DNA of 64,000 nt from Takakia lepidozioides (Eukaryota > Plantae > Bryophyta), in contig CM060733.1 of the NCBI GenBank assembly GCA_030704615.1, positions 73,036,001 through 73,100,000 of the forward strand, given 5' to 3'. Positions 38,994-52,888 of this stretch are shown piece after piece (position 1 is the stretch's first letter; each line of letters starts with the position of its first letter). Under the pieces are notes generated by a model. The model ran no database searches, was not told the origin of the DNA, and saw only the letters and a program-made list of their open reading frames with translations. The position numbers and the translations under genes were made by a program.

Positions 38994-41005
38994 TTAAAGG
39001 AGGAGCGAGGTCAATGCCTCGATTGCCCGAAATAAAGTTTTCTTGCAGTGTGGAGCAATTTTTAATAATCGTCCAATGGTAATTTGGGTCTTGGTCTGGC
39101 AGATTACTTCAACCAATTTTGTTTCCGTGGTTGCATTCGTGGTCTTCATCGTTGGTTTGATTTGATTGTCTGGAGTTGGCTCTCCAGAAGGTATATGGGT
39201 TCCCTCTTGCATTTGAGCTATGGCTTTACTTACCTCCCTGTGTAAGCTCTTTTCTTCCTGCCATGCTGCACTTTCTGGATATTGTTTCCATTCTTCTTCA
39301 ATCTCCTTATGTGGAGGTTTCTGTTTCTTGGTCTGAGTTCGGGTTACCGCAAGGGTATCCACTACAGGGGTTACCACACTCACAGCTACACTCGGTCCGG
39401 CTTCCATATTTCCCACTTCTGCCTCATGCTTGATTCGCAACTGGCATTCATGTTTCCAGTGCCCCTCTTTCTTGCAGTAGTGGCATCTCATTATTTCTTT
39501 GTTTTTGGGTTGATGTTCCCTATCCCTGTGGTGGATAGTCATCTCGTGGCCTCTGATAACGATTACCCATATTGTATCGTCTTGGTCCGTCCGATCCTCC
39601 CCGTCGGATTTGGACTTGGTGTACCCCTACCTCTCGTGTGTACCCACTCTTCTTGGCCCGTTGGTTGTAAATACAATGGCTGGTATTATGATTGTTCATA
39701 TGACAAATATCACAGTATTTGTCTTTCATGTGACATTCCGTTGCCAGGTGTCCTGCAGTCCCGCATTTGTGACACCGTGTTGCCTTTCGTGGCCCTTCAT
39801 CTTTAAAATTCTTGATAGCCTCTGCAATCTTCTGATCCAAAGTGGTTTTGTCAATCATTTCTTTCTTCTTTTGCTTGGGTTTTTCTTCATCATCGGAGTC
39901 ATCTTCTTCCAAGGAATCCTTGGAATCTTTGCTTCTGCTATGATGGAATCCCAATTCCAATTTCTTTGCAGTTCCTACTGCTTCAGCCAAAGTGTTGTTA
40001 GGCATGACTGTAACCATGGTTACATATTCAGGACGAAGTCCGTTGATGAACCATGACTTTTGCAAATCATCCCCCGGTGCTTGAGGTAGCTTCCTGATCA
40101 AAGTCTTCATTCTCTCCAAGTAGTCAACTACTAGTTCTTTCTTTTTCTGTCTCAGGTTCTGTAATCCTGTGAAGATTTCAGACGTGGATATGTTGGATCT
40201 ATATCTTTCTTGAAACGCGGCTCTCATATCCGCCCAATTTGCAAAGTGATTTGTTGGAAAGGTTGCCAACCATTCAATGCCTTTCCTGACCATTGAACAA
40301 GGAAATAATCGGATCTTTTCCTGGTCTGTTGCTTCATTGTAAATGGTGCACATGTTCTCAAATTGATTAAGATGGATATCTGGATCAGATTTCCCATCAT
40401 ATAAAGGGAACGACGGTCTGGTTTTGCTCGCTGCTAAAGCCATTGGTGCAACTGGTGCAACTGGTTGTCCAAACTGGGATGGTCCCGCTGCTTCTGGCTG
40501 TGGTGGTGTTGGTGTTTGTCTTCCAAACAGTGATTCAAAGCTAGGAGGCCCTTGTCGCAATGATAGCCGTATTCCAGCTGATGTCCCTATTAAGCTTAAT
40601 GAATCTTTAAAAGAGTGCAGTCCTGGTTATCCTTTCTGGAGAAGTGGTTTCGCTTCTTTCACCTTCTTCACTCATAATATTTTCAAATCTTTCTTCCAAT
40701 ATTTCAGCAAAGCCTCGATTTTGACTGGTTACTATAGAAGCTCCTTCAGATCTTTCTTGTGGTAACCATTCATCAAGTGCAATACTGGCAACTCCTTCTG
40801 GAGTAGTGTTCCCACTTTCCAACGATCCGATTTCCAGATTTTCTGGTTTATCACTGTCAATTTGTTTTGATGTCTCACCTTGAATAATATTCAAGTTTTG
40901 TAATTCTGGGAACTATTTTCTCAACCGAGCCTCCTTTTCTGCAGTATATTTCTCTATTCGTTCAGCTCTGTCTTGCTTAGCTTTTTCTTTAATTTCCTCA
41001 TTCAT
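38994..41005 (-). pseudogene. gag: Family B gag, inverted relative to the adjacent pol
   Basis: KIRLFPCSM..GIEW core, three CCHC knuckles, and EVICQTKTQITIGRLL matching A. Confidence 0.88.
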
Positions 41006-44000
41006 TAACGGATGTACTCATCGATGGAGGATCCGGAGTGAATACCATGACAGAGAAAATGAAGAAGTCACTAGGATTGGGGCACATGGAACCTGCTCCA
41101 TTCACGGTACGAATGGCTGATCAACGAAAAGTGCAGCCATTGGGTATCATCAGACGACTTGCAATGGAAGTAGCAGGACTGGTATACGAAGTATCAGTAA
41201 CCATTCTTAGAATGGAGGATGTGGCAAAAGGATATTCGCTACTACTTGGCGGACCATGGTTAACACAAGCCCAATCACACCACGATTGGGGAAGTCAGAC
41301 TCTCACGATCAAAAAAAGATCAGAACAAGTCACCATCACTACGAAGCAACGAGGTACCATTCCACGAGAGAAACGACCTTGCATAGTGGAAGAGTATGAT
41401 TGGTCAAGTGGACTGTCGGATGAAGAAGAAGCCACAGTATATGCAGCACATCCACAGTTGGAACCTATTGGGCAATTAGTGGTCAAGCATACCACAACAG
41501 CAGGATGTCACATGGTGAACACCCAAGGAGAACCGAATACTTCGAGAACGGAAGATCCGGAGGAAGAAGCAATGGACACACCTCAATACCTTGCCCGTTT
41601 CTATCAAGAAATGGAAGAGGACATAGTGAAGTACCTGCCATGATTGCAACCATCGGACAAGAGATTGCAGGATGGACAGTAATGGAAGAAACTCAATTGA
41701 TTCAAGTGAATCTGGGAACAGTGGAAGAACCACAGATAATATGAGTAAGTGCAGGTCTTGAAGAATCATTTCTACAAGAAGCCACTGCCTTATTCACTGA
41801 ATACAAGGATGTATTTTCCTGGAACTACAAAGATTTGAAGGGCATACCTTCCATCATCTGTCAACACCGAATTGAATTGGAAGTTGACACAAAACCAATT
41901 TGTCAGAACCGTTACAGAATGAACCCCAACTATGCAGCTAAAGTTTGGGAAGAAATCAAGAAATACTGGATGCAGGATTCATATACCCAGTAGAGACGCC
42001 ACAATGGCTATCGCCCATTGTGATAGTACCCAAGAAAAATGGAAAACTACGAAAGTATGTGTGGACTACCGCAAGTTAAACGCAGGAACCAAGAAAGACC
42101 CCTTTCCACTACCTTTCACCGAAATAGTGTTGGACATAGTGGCCGGACATGAGATGTACTCATTCATGGATGGGTTTAGTGGGTACAATCAGGTGCAGAT
42201 GGCAGAAGAAGACCGAGAAAAGGCCGCATTCATCACTGAATGAGGAGCCTATGCTTACAAAGTCATGCCATTTGGACTTTGCAATGCACCAGCCACATTT
42301 CAACGAGCAGTATCTGAGATATTCAAGAATTATCTCAACGATTTTATGCAGGTATTTTTGGATGATTTCAGTGTCTTCGGACAGAAATCCAAACACTTGG
42401 CACAGTTAAAACTTTGCTTACAAGCCTGCAGAAACAATGGAGTAAGTCTCAATCTGGAAAAATGTACATTTTGTGTGAATTCAGGATTATTGTTGGGACA
42501 CATTGTGTGCCAACAGGGAATTCTGGTGGATCCAAAGAAAGTGGAGGTTATCCAGAAAATACCACCACCAGAAAATCCCAAGAAACTTAAAAGATTTATG
42601 GGACAGACGAGCTATTACAGAAGGTACATGGACAAATATGCTCACAGAGCAGCACTAGTCTATAGACTGCTAAAGCAAGATGCCAAATATCGATGGTCTC
42701 CAGCTTGCTAGGAATCATTCGATTTACTAAAAATGGCACTCACAACAGCACCAATTCTGATAAATCCAAGATGGGATTTATAATTTTAAGTACACAGTGA
42801 TGCATCAGGCATTGCTTTGGGAGCGGTTTTAGCTCAGAATGTGACAGGCACAATAGATTCACCAATCTATTATGCAAGCAGAGTGTTGACAACAGCCGAG
42901 AAGAACTATAGCACCACAGAAAGGGAAGCATTGGCAATGATTTATGTTGTTCAAAAGTTTCGGCATTATTTACTTGGCAATTGCTTTAAGTTTATTGTTG
43001 ATCATCAGGCTCTAGTTCATTTAGCAAATCGACCACTAGCTAGTGGCAGGGTTGCTCGATGTTTATTACTTCTTCATGAGTATGATTTTGAAGTTGTTCA
43101 TAAACCAGGGAGATTACATGCTACAACAGATCATTTGTCAAGGATTACTACAGGAGAACCAGCCACGGGGGTAGAGGATCAACTTCCCGACGCATTTCTG
43201 TTTGTTGTTCAACCAGAAGCACCAGATGAAGAGACAGATCCTATAGACGCTCTGGGAATGTTTCAAGGAGACTATGACCTTTCAGATGCTCTTAAACTCA
43301 TGGATGACACTAATGAAGAAGAGGACTCATCATATGAAGATGAACCTCTTGATGAAGGACCTATTATTGAGGAAGAGCCAGATCCAGAAGAAGAAGATGA
43401 CAAGGAAAACGAAGAAACAAACAATCAAGAATTGGCCAATATCAGTATTGGAGCTTATACAGTTACCAAAGAAGAATCAGAAGACATTCAGGATCAAGAT
43501 CAAGATGATTGGCAATGGCCAATCAAATACTACCTGAACACAGGGAAATTTCCTGAAGACTACACCAACGATGACAGGAGAAAGCTTTCAATGAAAAGCA
43601 AGCCATACACAATAATCAAGGGAATTCTGTACAAAAGAGGAATTGACTCCATAATGAGAAGATGTGTAAACAAAGAACAAGCCAAAACAGTGATGCAAGA
43701 GCTACACGAAGGAATTGCAGGAGGACACTTCAGTTCGGACCTGATAGCAAAGAAAATATTATTAACAGGTTACTGGTGGCCTACTGTATTTGGAGACACT
43801 TATGAACACTGTCAATAGTGTGATGTTTGCTAGAGGATGGGACCAGTAGAACGAAAGGGGAAGGGGACTCTGCACCCAATACTACCAACATAACCATTTC
43901 AGCGCTGGGAGCTAGACTTCGTGGGACCCATTAAACCTCCAGCAAGGTACACACAAAACCAATACATCCTCACAGCCACTGACTACACTACCAAATGGGT

Positions 44001-45029
44001 AGAGGCCAAGGCACTACATCATACAAGGTGACCACGAAACATACACCATTTCAACTGGTGTATGGAGCAGAGGCACTATTACCCATTGAATGTATGATAC
44101 CCACACTACGAACCGGAACTCATGAACGATGGGGTTTAGAGGAATCTCTACGAGTCAGGGAATATGAGTTATTCCATCTGGAAGAAGTTTGGGTAGATGC
44201 CGCAGATAACATGGCACGGATTCAAGAACAACGAAGAAAAAGAATATCTGAAGGGAAAGAGAAATCTTTCCAGGACGGGGACATTGTTTTGTGGTTACCA
44301 AAAATCAAGAAGATCAAACTGGGCGGAAAATTGAAAATGCCATGGATGGGACCATTTCAAATCAAAAAGGTACATGACAATGGAACTGTTGATTTGCAGA
44401 CCTTGGAACAAGAATTCGTGGGACGAATTAATATTAACAAGTTAAAAGGCTACCAAGGAATACATGACAAAGCCCTTATACATGATTTATACACCAACGA
44501 GGAAGATCAAGCTGAAAATGAGGAGCGTGAAACCGTTAGTGCATACTACATTCATCACGACACAGTGAATCGGCATGTACTAAGACAGGTGGCAACACGA
44601 ATTCAGGGCACCACGACGGCTAGACCACCATTCATCTGGAGGACAGCATTACCACCCCGTATACCGTATGGTGAACCGTGGCCAGCACAGATGCCCTCCA
44701 AAACCGTGAACGAATACAAAGCAGCCAACGAGTCATTGCTTGTGTTAAACTCCGAGATGTACGCTCCAGATCACCCCACCGACCGAGGTAATCATACACC
44801 ACTACCCTTCGATCATAACACGGAGGCAGAACGACGGCGCTATCCAACGGATTGCCAAAAGACGGCGGATGATAAGGGCAAAGCCATTAAACCAAGCTGC
44901 AAGTATTGCACCCACGCCGCCCATCTAAAAATAGACCACGTACCAAAGTGGATGAACACATCCAAGATGGATGAACATAAACTGACCGAAACTCAAAACC
45001 GTTACCAGAAGCTAAATGCTTCCTGGTAA
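41006..45029 (+). pseudogene. pol: B2 pol with stops, an acidic RH-INT insert and a deletion in the integrase core
   Basis: TDVLIDGGSGVN, VFLDDF, HSDASG, GGHFS; KWVEAKAL is joined directly to SYKVTT. Confidence 0.9.
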
Positions 45030-45289
45030 GCCTGGGCCCAGCAATTAAAGCTAACTACGCTTTAAACCTAGGCAACCAGCAGGACAAAATTACCTCCACG
45101 AGAACCTCGAGAGAAGTTAGAGGAGAAGCCTACAGAGGAGAACCCCTACTTAAACCCAGAAGCGAACTCCTCACCTTCTCTTCCGCAAACTGGAAATTGC
45201 TGTATACACAACTTCCAGTGTGCTTCATACTGCTTGTGATACAAGAATTGGTGCTCCAATTCCTTACAGCAACCGCAAGACTAAGAGAA

Positions 45290-48200
45290 ATGGCAGGCAT
45301 CAAGCGGAAGGCACCAAGTTCTTATGCGCAAGTGAATTTCAAAATCAGCCCGGCGTTGCGGAAGATTGAGCAGGACACAGAGACACAAGAGACGTTGGAC
45401 AGTCTTGGCCTGCGATACTTCATCACCACGCTGGACTGGAACTTGAAGCACGACGAGTTGTGCAGGGAGTTCTTGGAGAATTACAACACCAGCACTCGGA
45501 GCACAAATGTCCGTGACACATCCTGCTGATGGAGAAGTACTTGGCGGAAGTGTTTCACCTTCCCAGTCTGGACGTACCGACGCACAGCGGCAAACCTCCA
45601 AGGTTTGTACTTGCAGATTTGTTTGAGAATCTCAACCAAACAGATCAAGGCTACACATGCAGTCACAGCAAAAGCCCCGGCTTTAGGAGGATAGCCCCGG
45701 TACTTAGCACGTTGCTTTGCCTCAGGCAAAACCACAGCTACTGTACCACGGAGCTAATCGATCAAGTATTGGTTTGCCTTGGGCAAATCGTGAATTGGGC
45801 AAGCTTCTTATTGAAGAAGTTAACCCAAGAATTGACCCGGTTGAATAAGAAGAAGAAGGAAGCAACTGTCACCATGGCGACTCCCTTGTTACTCCAAATG
45901 ATTCGACACACTGTACACCTAACGCCCGAAGAGCAAGCGACGTTGGGGATTATGCAACGGGTAGATACGATGGAGGAAGAAGGAAGTGAGATGGCAGCAG
46001 GTCAAGAAGAAGAAGAAGACGGACTCGCAAAGAGAGCCCGGATCAACGAAGCAACCACAAATGCAGCAGCAAAGGACATCATCAACTCGACGGCTGATTC
46101 CCCAGTGCAGAGAGAGAGGGAGAATCAACAGCCAGAAGGAGGGAACCAACCACAGACCAACGAAACAACGCCCATGGAAATTAGCCATGGCAACACCGAA
46201 GCCCAGCAAGCAGCACACACAGAGGCCACATAACCAGGAACAGAGGAGAGAGACATATTGGCGCAACAACAGTAGATGGTGCAAGAAGCACCTAGTCAGC
46301 AGCAACAGCAGGTGGTGCAAGAGGCACAGAATCACCAACAGCAAGACAGTAATTCCAATTTGGAATCACTACTAGCACAACAAGTTCTGGATACAACAGC
46401 ATGGGACACAGGGTTGGAAGAAACGCCACAGAATGTAATTCTGCAGGCAATACAAGCATTGGGTCAAGTGACAGCTTGTATGGACAGGGCCAAGGATTAC
46501 ATCAGCCCGGAGAACCTGAGCATGATCTTAGACCACATCAAAGAGAAGCACCAGAGGGAATTGGCAACTACAAGAACAGTATGTAACCATGGGGATTGCA
46601 AATGCATGAGCGGTGAGCGGTGAGCGGATGAGCATGAGCGGACTTTTCCGAACCTCCCCCGAACCTACACCGAACCACCCTGAAAACAAAAAACGGACCT
46701 CCCAGAAGTCCCCTGTGTGAATGTCGATGTACATAAACTGCATTATTTTAAAATTGGTAAGAGGCAACGGAAATAGGGGATAAAATTGTCTATATCTGTG
46801 CCCCAATCTTGGGTGTTATAGTCGCCACAGACTATAATACAGAATACGAAATAGGGGGAAGAACATCTTAGAAAACAACCTTTACAAAATTATCAACTAG
46901 GTAGATGAGCGAAAGTTATGTATAGTCGGCACCGACTATAGTTTTTTAATAGTTTTTTAATAGTTTATTTTTTTTATTTTTTAATTTTTTAATTTTTTCC
47001 GGCACTGACAATAGTCGGCGCCGACTATAGTCTGCCACAAGGTCGGCCAGCTCGGCCGGACCACGGTAATAGAAAACGGGCCTATTTCCGCGGTAGCCGT
47101 TTTCCATCCGTCCAAGCATTATTATGTTATAATCGGCACCGACTACCCAACTCTCATAGCACTGTTGTGCTATAATCGGCACCGACTACTCAGGTTCGGT
47201 AACTGCCGAACCTATATTTTCTGATCCGAACCTAAGGTCGAAGCCAATGATGATGGAGAACTTGGCACTTTTTTACCGGAAAAGCAGTCCAAAACTACCT
47301 CCACAAGAGATAAATTTGGCAAAAAATCCATAAAATATGTTCTGCTCATGCTTATTTCTGCTCATGCTCATGCTTAATCCCGCTCAACGCTCATGCAACA
47401 TCCGCACCCTGTAACCATGAGGTTACAATTGCAGCGTTAGAAGATCAAAAAACGACCTTACTTCGCCAATACAACACTTTGGCACAACGCAGAGATGAGT
47501 GGGAGCAGAAGTGGGAAAGACAAAGAGATGAAACACGCCATGTCCAAGCCGACCTCGATGCAGAGCGAGAGAGATCTCGGAAAACAGAGACGGAGGTGGA
47601 AACATTCACAGGACAGGTGCAGACGCTTAAGCAGTAGGTGAAGACACTCAAGGGGCAGCTGAGGACTACCATAGATCAGGGAACCAAGTGGCTCAACAGC
47701 AACACTACACTGCTGAGGGAAAGGGAGAATGCTGAGAGCGGGCTGTTTACAGCCACCACAGAAAGAGACATTGCCATGGGCAATGAACAGGAATGGAAGC
47801 AGCAGCTGGAGAAGCTGACATTGCAAGCAGGGCTGGATGCAGCAGACGCGGCCTTAGCCAGAGCCTGGTTGAATGAAGGGAGTGAACTGGAGATGAAGAA
47901 ACTCAACAGGGCAATGGTGAGGCAGATGAAATGTCAATTGAAGTTGGTGACAGACATTCATGAGGAATTCCTGCCACCAATTCCAGAACAAGAGGAGCTC
48001 ATGGACGAAGACGATCAAGAGGAGCAAGATCATGAACGAGAAGCACCGATACAATCAACAGCAACAACACCAGCACAAACACCACCAGCAACACAACCAC
48101 CACCAACTCAACAGACACTGGTATAGGCCACAGCAGGGCCATCTACTGAAGAGGTAAACCCCATAACACTACCAAGTGTACTGGTAGCATCAACTTTGGT

Positions 48201-48545
48201 AGCAGTGGATGGTTTCCAAATCATGCCATGCAAGCAGGATGGGTAGTGGCTAAAGTATTCAGATGAATACTTTAAAATGATGGTAGTCCCAGCCCACCAA
48301 ATCCCAGAAATACTGGAGAAGGTCTTCAAGACCTTAACCCCCTGCAGATCATTGGGTCAATTGCATCTGCTCAATCAAACTCTTATCCCTTTGAGATACA
48401 GGATGAGGCCACTGGCTAGGGAAGAGACATGGTCAGGGGCAGAATTGGTTGAATTCTGGCGCCAGGCTCCCCTAGAATACAAGGAGCTGGTAGCTTACAT
48501 GTGGGCAGTGGGGCAAGTGAAGATTAATCCTACTAGAAGGAGTAG
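45290..48545 (+). pseudogene. B2 ORF3, homologue of A ORF3, interrupted by a MULE and 3'-truncated
   Basis: LDWNLKH..EFLENY..YLAEVFHLP..QGYTC..VNWA aligns with A MDWTLHH..QFLQNF..YLQQLFRLP..QGYAC..VPWA. Confidence 0.8.
46591..47409. mobile_element. Non-autonomous MULE-like element, 819 bp, with 9-bp TSD TGTAACCAT
   Basis: TSD at 46582-46590 and 47410-47418; ends GGG..TGCATGAGCG and CGCTCATGCA..CCC. Confidence 0.88.
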
Positions 48546-48549
48546 TGGA

Positions 48550-49178
48550 CCGTTTACCACTATGGCTCACGACCACTGCAACGAGCCATTTTTTAGCAAA
48601 CATTTTAGGTTGCGTAGGCAGTTAGACAAACGGTCATTAACGACCGCAGACTGTAACGGCTCTTTCGAGCATAGTATAAAAAGGTTGCACGCAACTTAGA
48701 AGAGAGAGCAATATGAGTATGAGTATCAGTGATCAGTGTGTTTTCAGTGTGTACTTCTGTGATGATGTGACGAACTCTGAAGTAAAGCCATGCTATTCGA
48801 AGTATCTCTGTGTAGAGTGAATGTGAGATGGAGAGAATGTGCATTATGAGAGAACGTGAGATGGTGAGAATGTGTATCCTCTCAGCATAATTCTTGTTTT
48901 GTCTTGACTACCATCTGCTTATCTGAACAAAGAGGCTTCAGTCCTTTCGACTAAGGTCTGTTATGCCAAAGAGGCTGTAGATTAGGCTTAATCAGTATGA
49001 TTAAGCAGCCTGTAGGGATATGGCTTCATACGACGTTCATAGCTTAGCTATCCTTAAAATGATTACTTCGTAATCGTTCCTGAAAGCATACTGTCGGACA
49101 ACCTCTGTTGCATGTCTTAGGAAATGGGCAGTAGTGTTGTTAGCCTATTTTGCCTAAGTCATAAACCAGTGGTTAACA
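48550..49178 (+). repeat. B2 3' LTR (5' part and PPT deleted)
   Basis: Reverse complement of ~3224-3860; ends GGTTAACA and abuts A4 ORF3. Confidence 0.88.
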
Positions 49179-52100
49179 GTTGTTATTGCTGGAAGCATGG
49201 CCTTTGGAGAGGGAGGAAGAAGTCACCTTAGTACCACAGCCAGTTGACTCAGTTGCCCCAGGGGTAACTCAGATAGTACATACTGTTACACCAGAGCCTA
49301 TTGCTATGGAAGGAGAAGGGTTGGACATCCCCACTACAGAGCAGGTAGTGGCAAAAATTGAGAAGGGTGACCTTCTCTATGAAAACTCTGGCATGGTCGG
49401 AGAACCAGTAGCACCAAAGATGCAGAGTCTGACTAGGGAAATCCCTGCTGTGCAAGTCATGCCCAAATCTGTGACAAAGGTTCAAGGGGTAGAGTGCAAG
49501 GGCACTGCGGCACCTGTGGAAAATCAGGTTGCTCAGGGAGAAGATCTTGTAGGATCATGGCCTGACTGGTTTGTGAAACATCAAACTGTGGAGGATCAGG
49601 GAGAACAGCAGCAAGTTCTTCATGAAGACCCACAACAGGCCATGCTTATGAGTTCCATAAGCAGGACACTAAATTTGTTGGGCACTTATGTGAAATCCCA
49701 TGTTCCTTCCACACAATTGGCAGTATTGAGGGAGGAGCTCAAGCAAGAGTTTGAGGCAAGAATTGCCACTGAGTGTGCAAATAAGGTGGATGTGGAGGCC
49801 AACCATAAGTTGCAGAAAGAGTTGGAGGACGCTCAGTCTGCCCTACAGCTTGCAAAGGGAAATTAACCTGATTGAAACAGGTCTGGAGTAGGAGAAGTTG
49901 CATGAAGTGCACAAGCAGCAGTTATACCAGTTGCAAGTGAAGCATGAGGGCAAACTGCAGGAAGTGAAGTTGTTTCATACAGAGTTGGAGGCAGTTCATC
50001 AGAGAATGACCATCCAATGTGCCTCACTAACAACTACTCTGGAGCAAACTGCATTAGAAGTTAACAAACAAGCAGAGAGATGTATGATGATGGAGGCTGA
50101 GTCAGTCGAGCAGGGAAAACGCATTGCTGACTTGAAGGCTACTATCCGTCGCAATAAGGATACCTTTCCACAGTACAGTCGGGTTGAGGCTGAGCAGGAC
50201 AGGTACATCCTGGAGTTGCAGCAAACACTCACATCACGAAAGAATGAGCTTTCTGTGACTACCAAGGCTTGGAAATAAGCCAATAATCTGACTGCTGCCT
50301 ATGCAGCCCTGGTTGAACCTCATGCAAAATGCATGGAGGCTTTACAGCAGCAGTTGGATATGTATAGACTCAAGGAGGAGCAGGCTCTTTGGGGTGCTAC
50401 ACAGGACTTGGTGGATAATCATCTTTTTCAAGGGTGGTTAACACAAGGGCCGGTGGAAGGGAAGACACCAAGAAAGCTCACCCAGGAGGAGATGAATGAT
50501 CTCAGGCTGTAGGTGCAGAACATTGCCACAACCACTATAGACAATGTCTATAATAAAATAGTTGAGTTGCAGGATGATGTGGAAGGGCTGCAGACTCAAG
50601 TGGATGACTTGAGCTCCAACATTGACAAAAGAGCCTTTGTTCCTGAGGAACAGCTAGTGGCTATTTATTTGCATGCGATGACTCTGATTTTCCAATCTTC
50701 ATCACAAGAGGTGCAGGAATTGCTAACAATAGGAGGGACAGTGGCGGCCATATCACAGCAACCACAGCAGGTCGACACTGTTGATACCATGGCAACAATC
50801 AGAGGTTTGGGAGGATGCTTCTCTTAACCCACCTAGGACTCCTGCTGCACTTGAGTACAATCGGGCTATGATTATGCCCTTCAACCAAATTCCTATTGTG
50901 ATGGATTTGGCTTGGAAGGAATTCAGTCCTCCAGAGTCTTTGGCACACTATTACCAGATCATGCGCATTTGGTTGCCGGTGGCAACTCGGACCAAGGTTC
51001 TTCCGAATAACCGACCCATTGAGGATCACCATTTTGTGAGGCTCTGGTCTGAGGCAGGCACCATGTTGAAGGAATTAATTGTCTTCCAGGTTATTCATGG
51101 GTACATCTACACCAAGACCAAGGAGGTACCTAGTTTGGTCATGGGCTGTGGATTATACTATGCTGCTTGTTTCATTGCACGCTATCACATTGAGCAGCAG
51201 AAGATGCAGTCGAGATTTCAGAGTTATTCCACTGGAGATCATTGGGTCTTACCTTCAGTTCCACCCCATACGTATCTGTATGATGTGAAGGTTATGTTGC
51301 AGAAGGATCCCCAACTTCGTTCTTGGTTCCATTTTGCTTTGGACAATTTGGCCAAAGAAAAATTTGGTTTTGACAATATTTTTTATAAGGGACATGAAGC
51401 CTGGAAATACTTACACTGTTCTAAGGTCATTGGCACACCTCTTACCTATACGGACAAGGAGCTCCGGGAGTATACTAATTTTGCTCGCAAGAGATTGATG
51501 CAAGTTCTAAAGTTTAAGCTTCCAGACATGGTGGGCAAACATTATGTGCCACACAGAATTCCCGAGAAGCCCCATAAGATCAGAGCACCAAAAGGTAACA
51601 GGGGGGACGATGATTCGGATACAACTGGTTTTATGGAGGAATCTCTTGACATGGCGGAGGACTATGCACTACAGATGGCAGAGAAGAAACGACGGGGATC
51701 TCCTATGCCAGAGAAGTTACCTCCTTATCAACCACAGGAAGGTCAGACATTTCCATTTGGTGACCAGTAATCTCCACCAGCCAGTGACAGGGCTCGGGCT
51801 CGCACACAGAGCCCTCCACGGAACTCTCACCGACAGAAGGGTGCTCGTTCACAAAGGTTTGCTGATCCTAAACAGTAAACCGTGAGGACACGGCTTTTTG
51901 AGAGGGGGAGGATAATGTTAGAGGGTTGTCTGGGACTTAGACAGTTTTACGGGTTCTGTGGGGTACCCCTAGTTTTTGCGCAGACTTACAGATGGTAGAC
52001 TTAGACCAACACATGCCTTAGGGGTGGTAGATAGGCTTACACAGTCAGTCATAGTCTTACACAGTTAGACACAGCTTGACACAACTAGTCACAGTCTGAT

Positions 52101-52888
52101 ACAACCTTACACAGCCTATCACAGTCTATCACAGTCTATCACAGCCTGACACAGCCCGACACAGTTAACCAGAGCCCGACACAGCTTGACACAGCTCAAT
52201 ATAGCCAGTCACAGCCCGGCCCAGTCCGACACAACCAGTCTCAGCCAACACAGTTGGGCACAACCCGGGAACGGTTACCATGGCAGGGAACGACTGTGTG
52301 GGAACGACATCGGCAGCAGGAACGTGTATTCTATCTGATGACAGTTAGTTAGTTAGGCAGTAGAATAGCTTGCAGGTAGAAAAGACAGAGTAGCAATGGA
52401 GGGAGGGCACTTCTTGGATCATGACTTGGCCATCAGGAAGGGAAGGACGATCTGGAGTTGAGGAATGGAGAGCGCAGTAAAGGAGGAGTCACGAACTGTT
52501 GATGCTTGATTCATGCAAGCTGTAGAGTTATACTGTAGAGCAGACTAGGGACACCATGCTTCGCCCTGTTAACTGATAGATCATAATCTGATACATATTC
52601 TATACTCACACTGTGTAGAGAAACCTCGTGAAGCTGTGGAATGAAGAGATGAGTGATTGGAACATGATGGATTGCTAAAGCAATCTAGTGCTTGAATATA
52701 AACAGTAAGGTAATTCGCTGACATGAAGACAAGAAAGAATACAAACAAGAAGCACTTCCATGATACACTAGTTGTAGGTCATGACTGATTGTTCTGAGCG
52801 GGCTGAGTGTTTAGAGATATCCAACTCTTCTATCTTGGAGTTTCCACCTCGGATAGCGAAGGGATGGGTGAGTACAAGCCGCTTGACA
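49179..52888 (+). mobile_element. Diverged family A copy A4: ORF3 3' two-thirds (49180-51878, with stops), PPT and 3' LTR (51916-52888)
   Basis: ORFs align with A3 ORF3; LTR TGTTAGAGG...GCTTGACA with an ACACAGC array at ~52040-52260. Confidence 0.9.
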
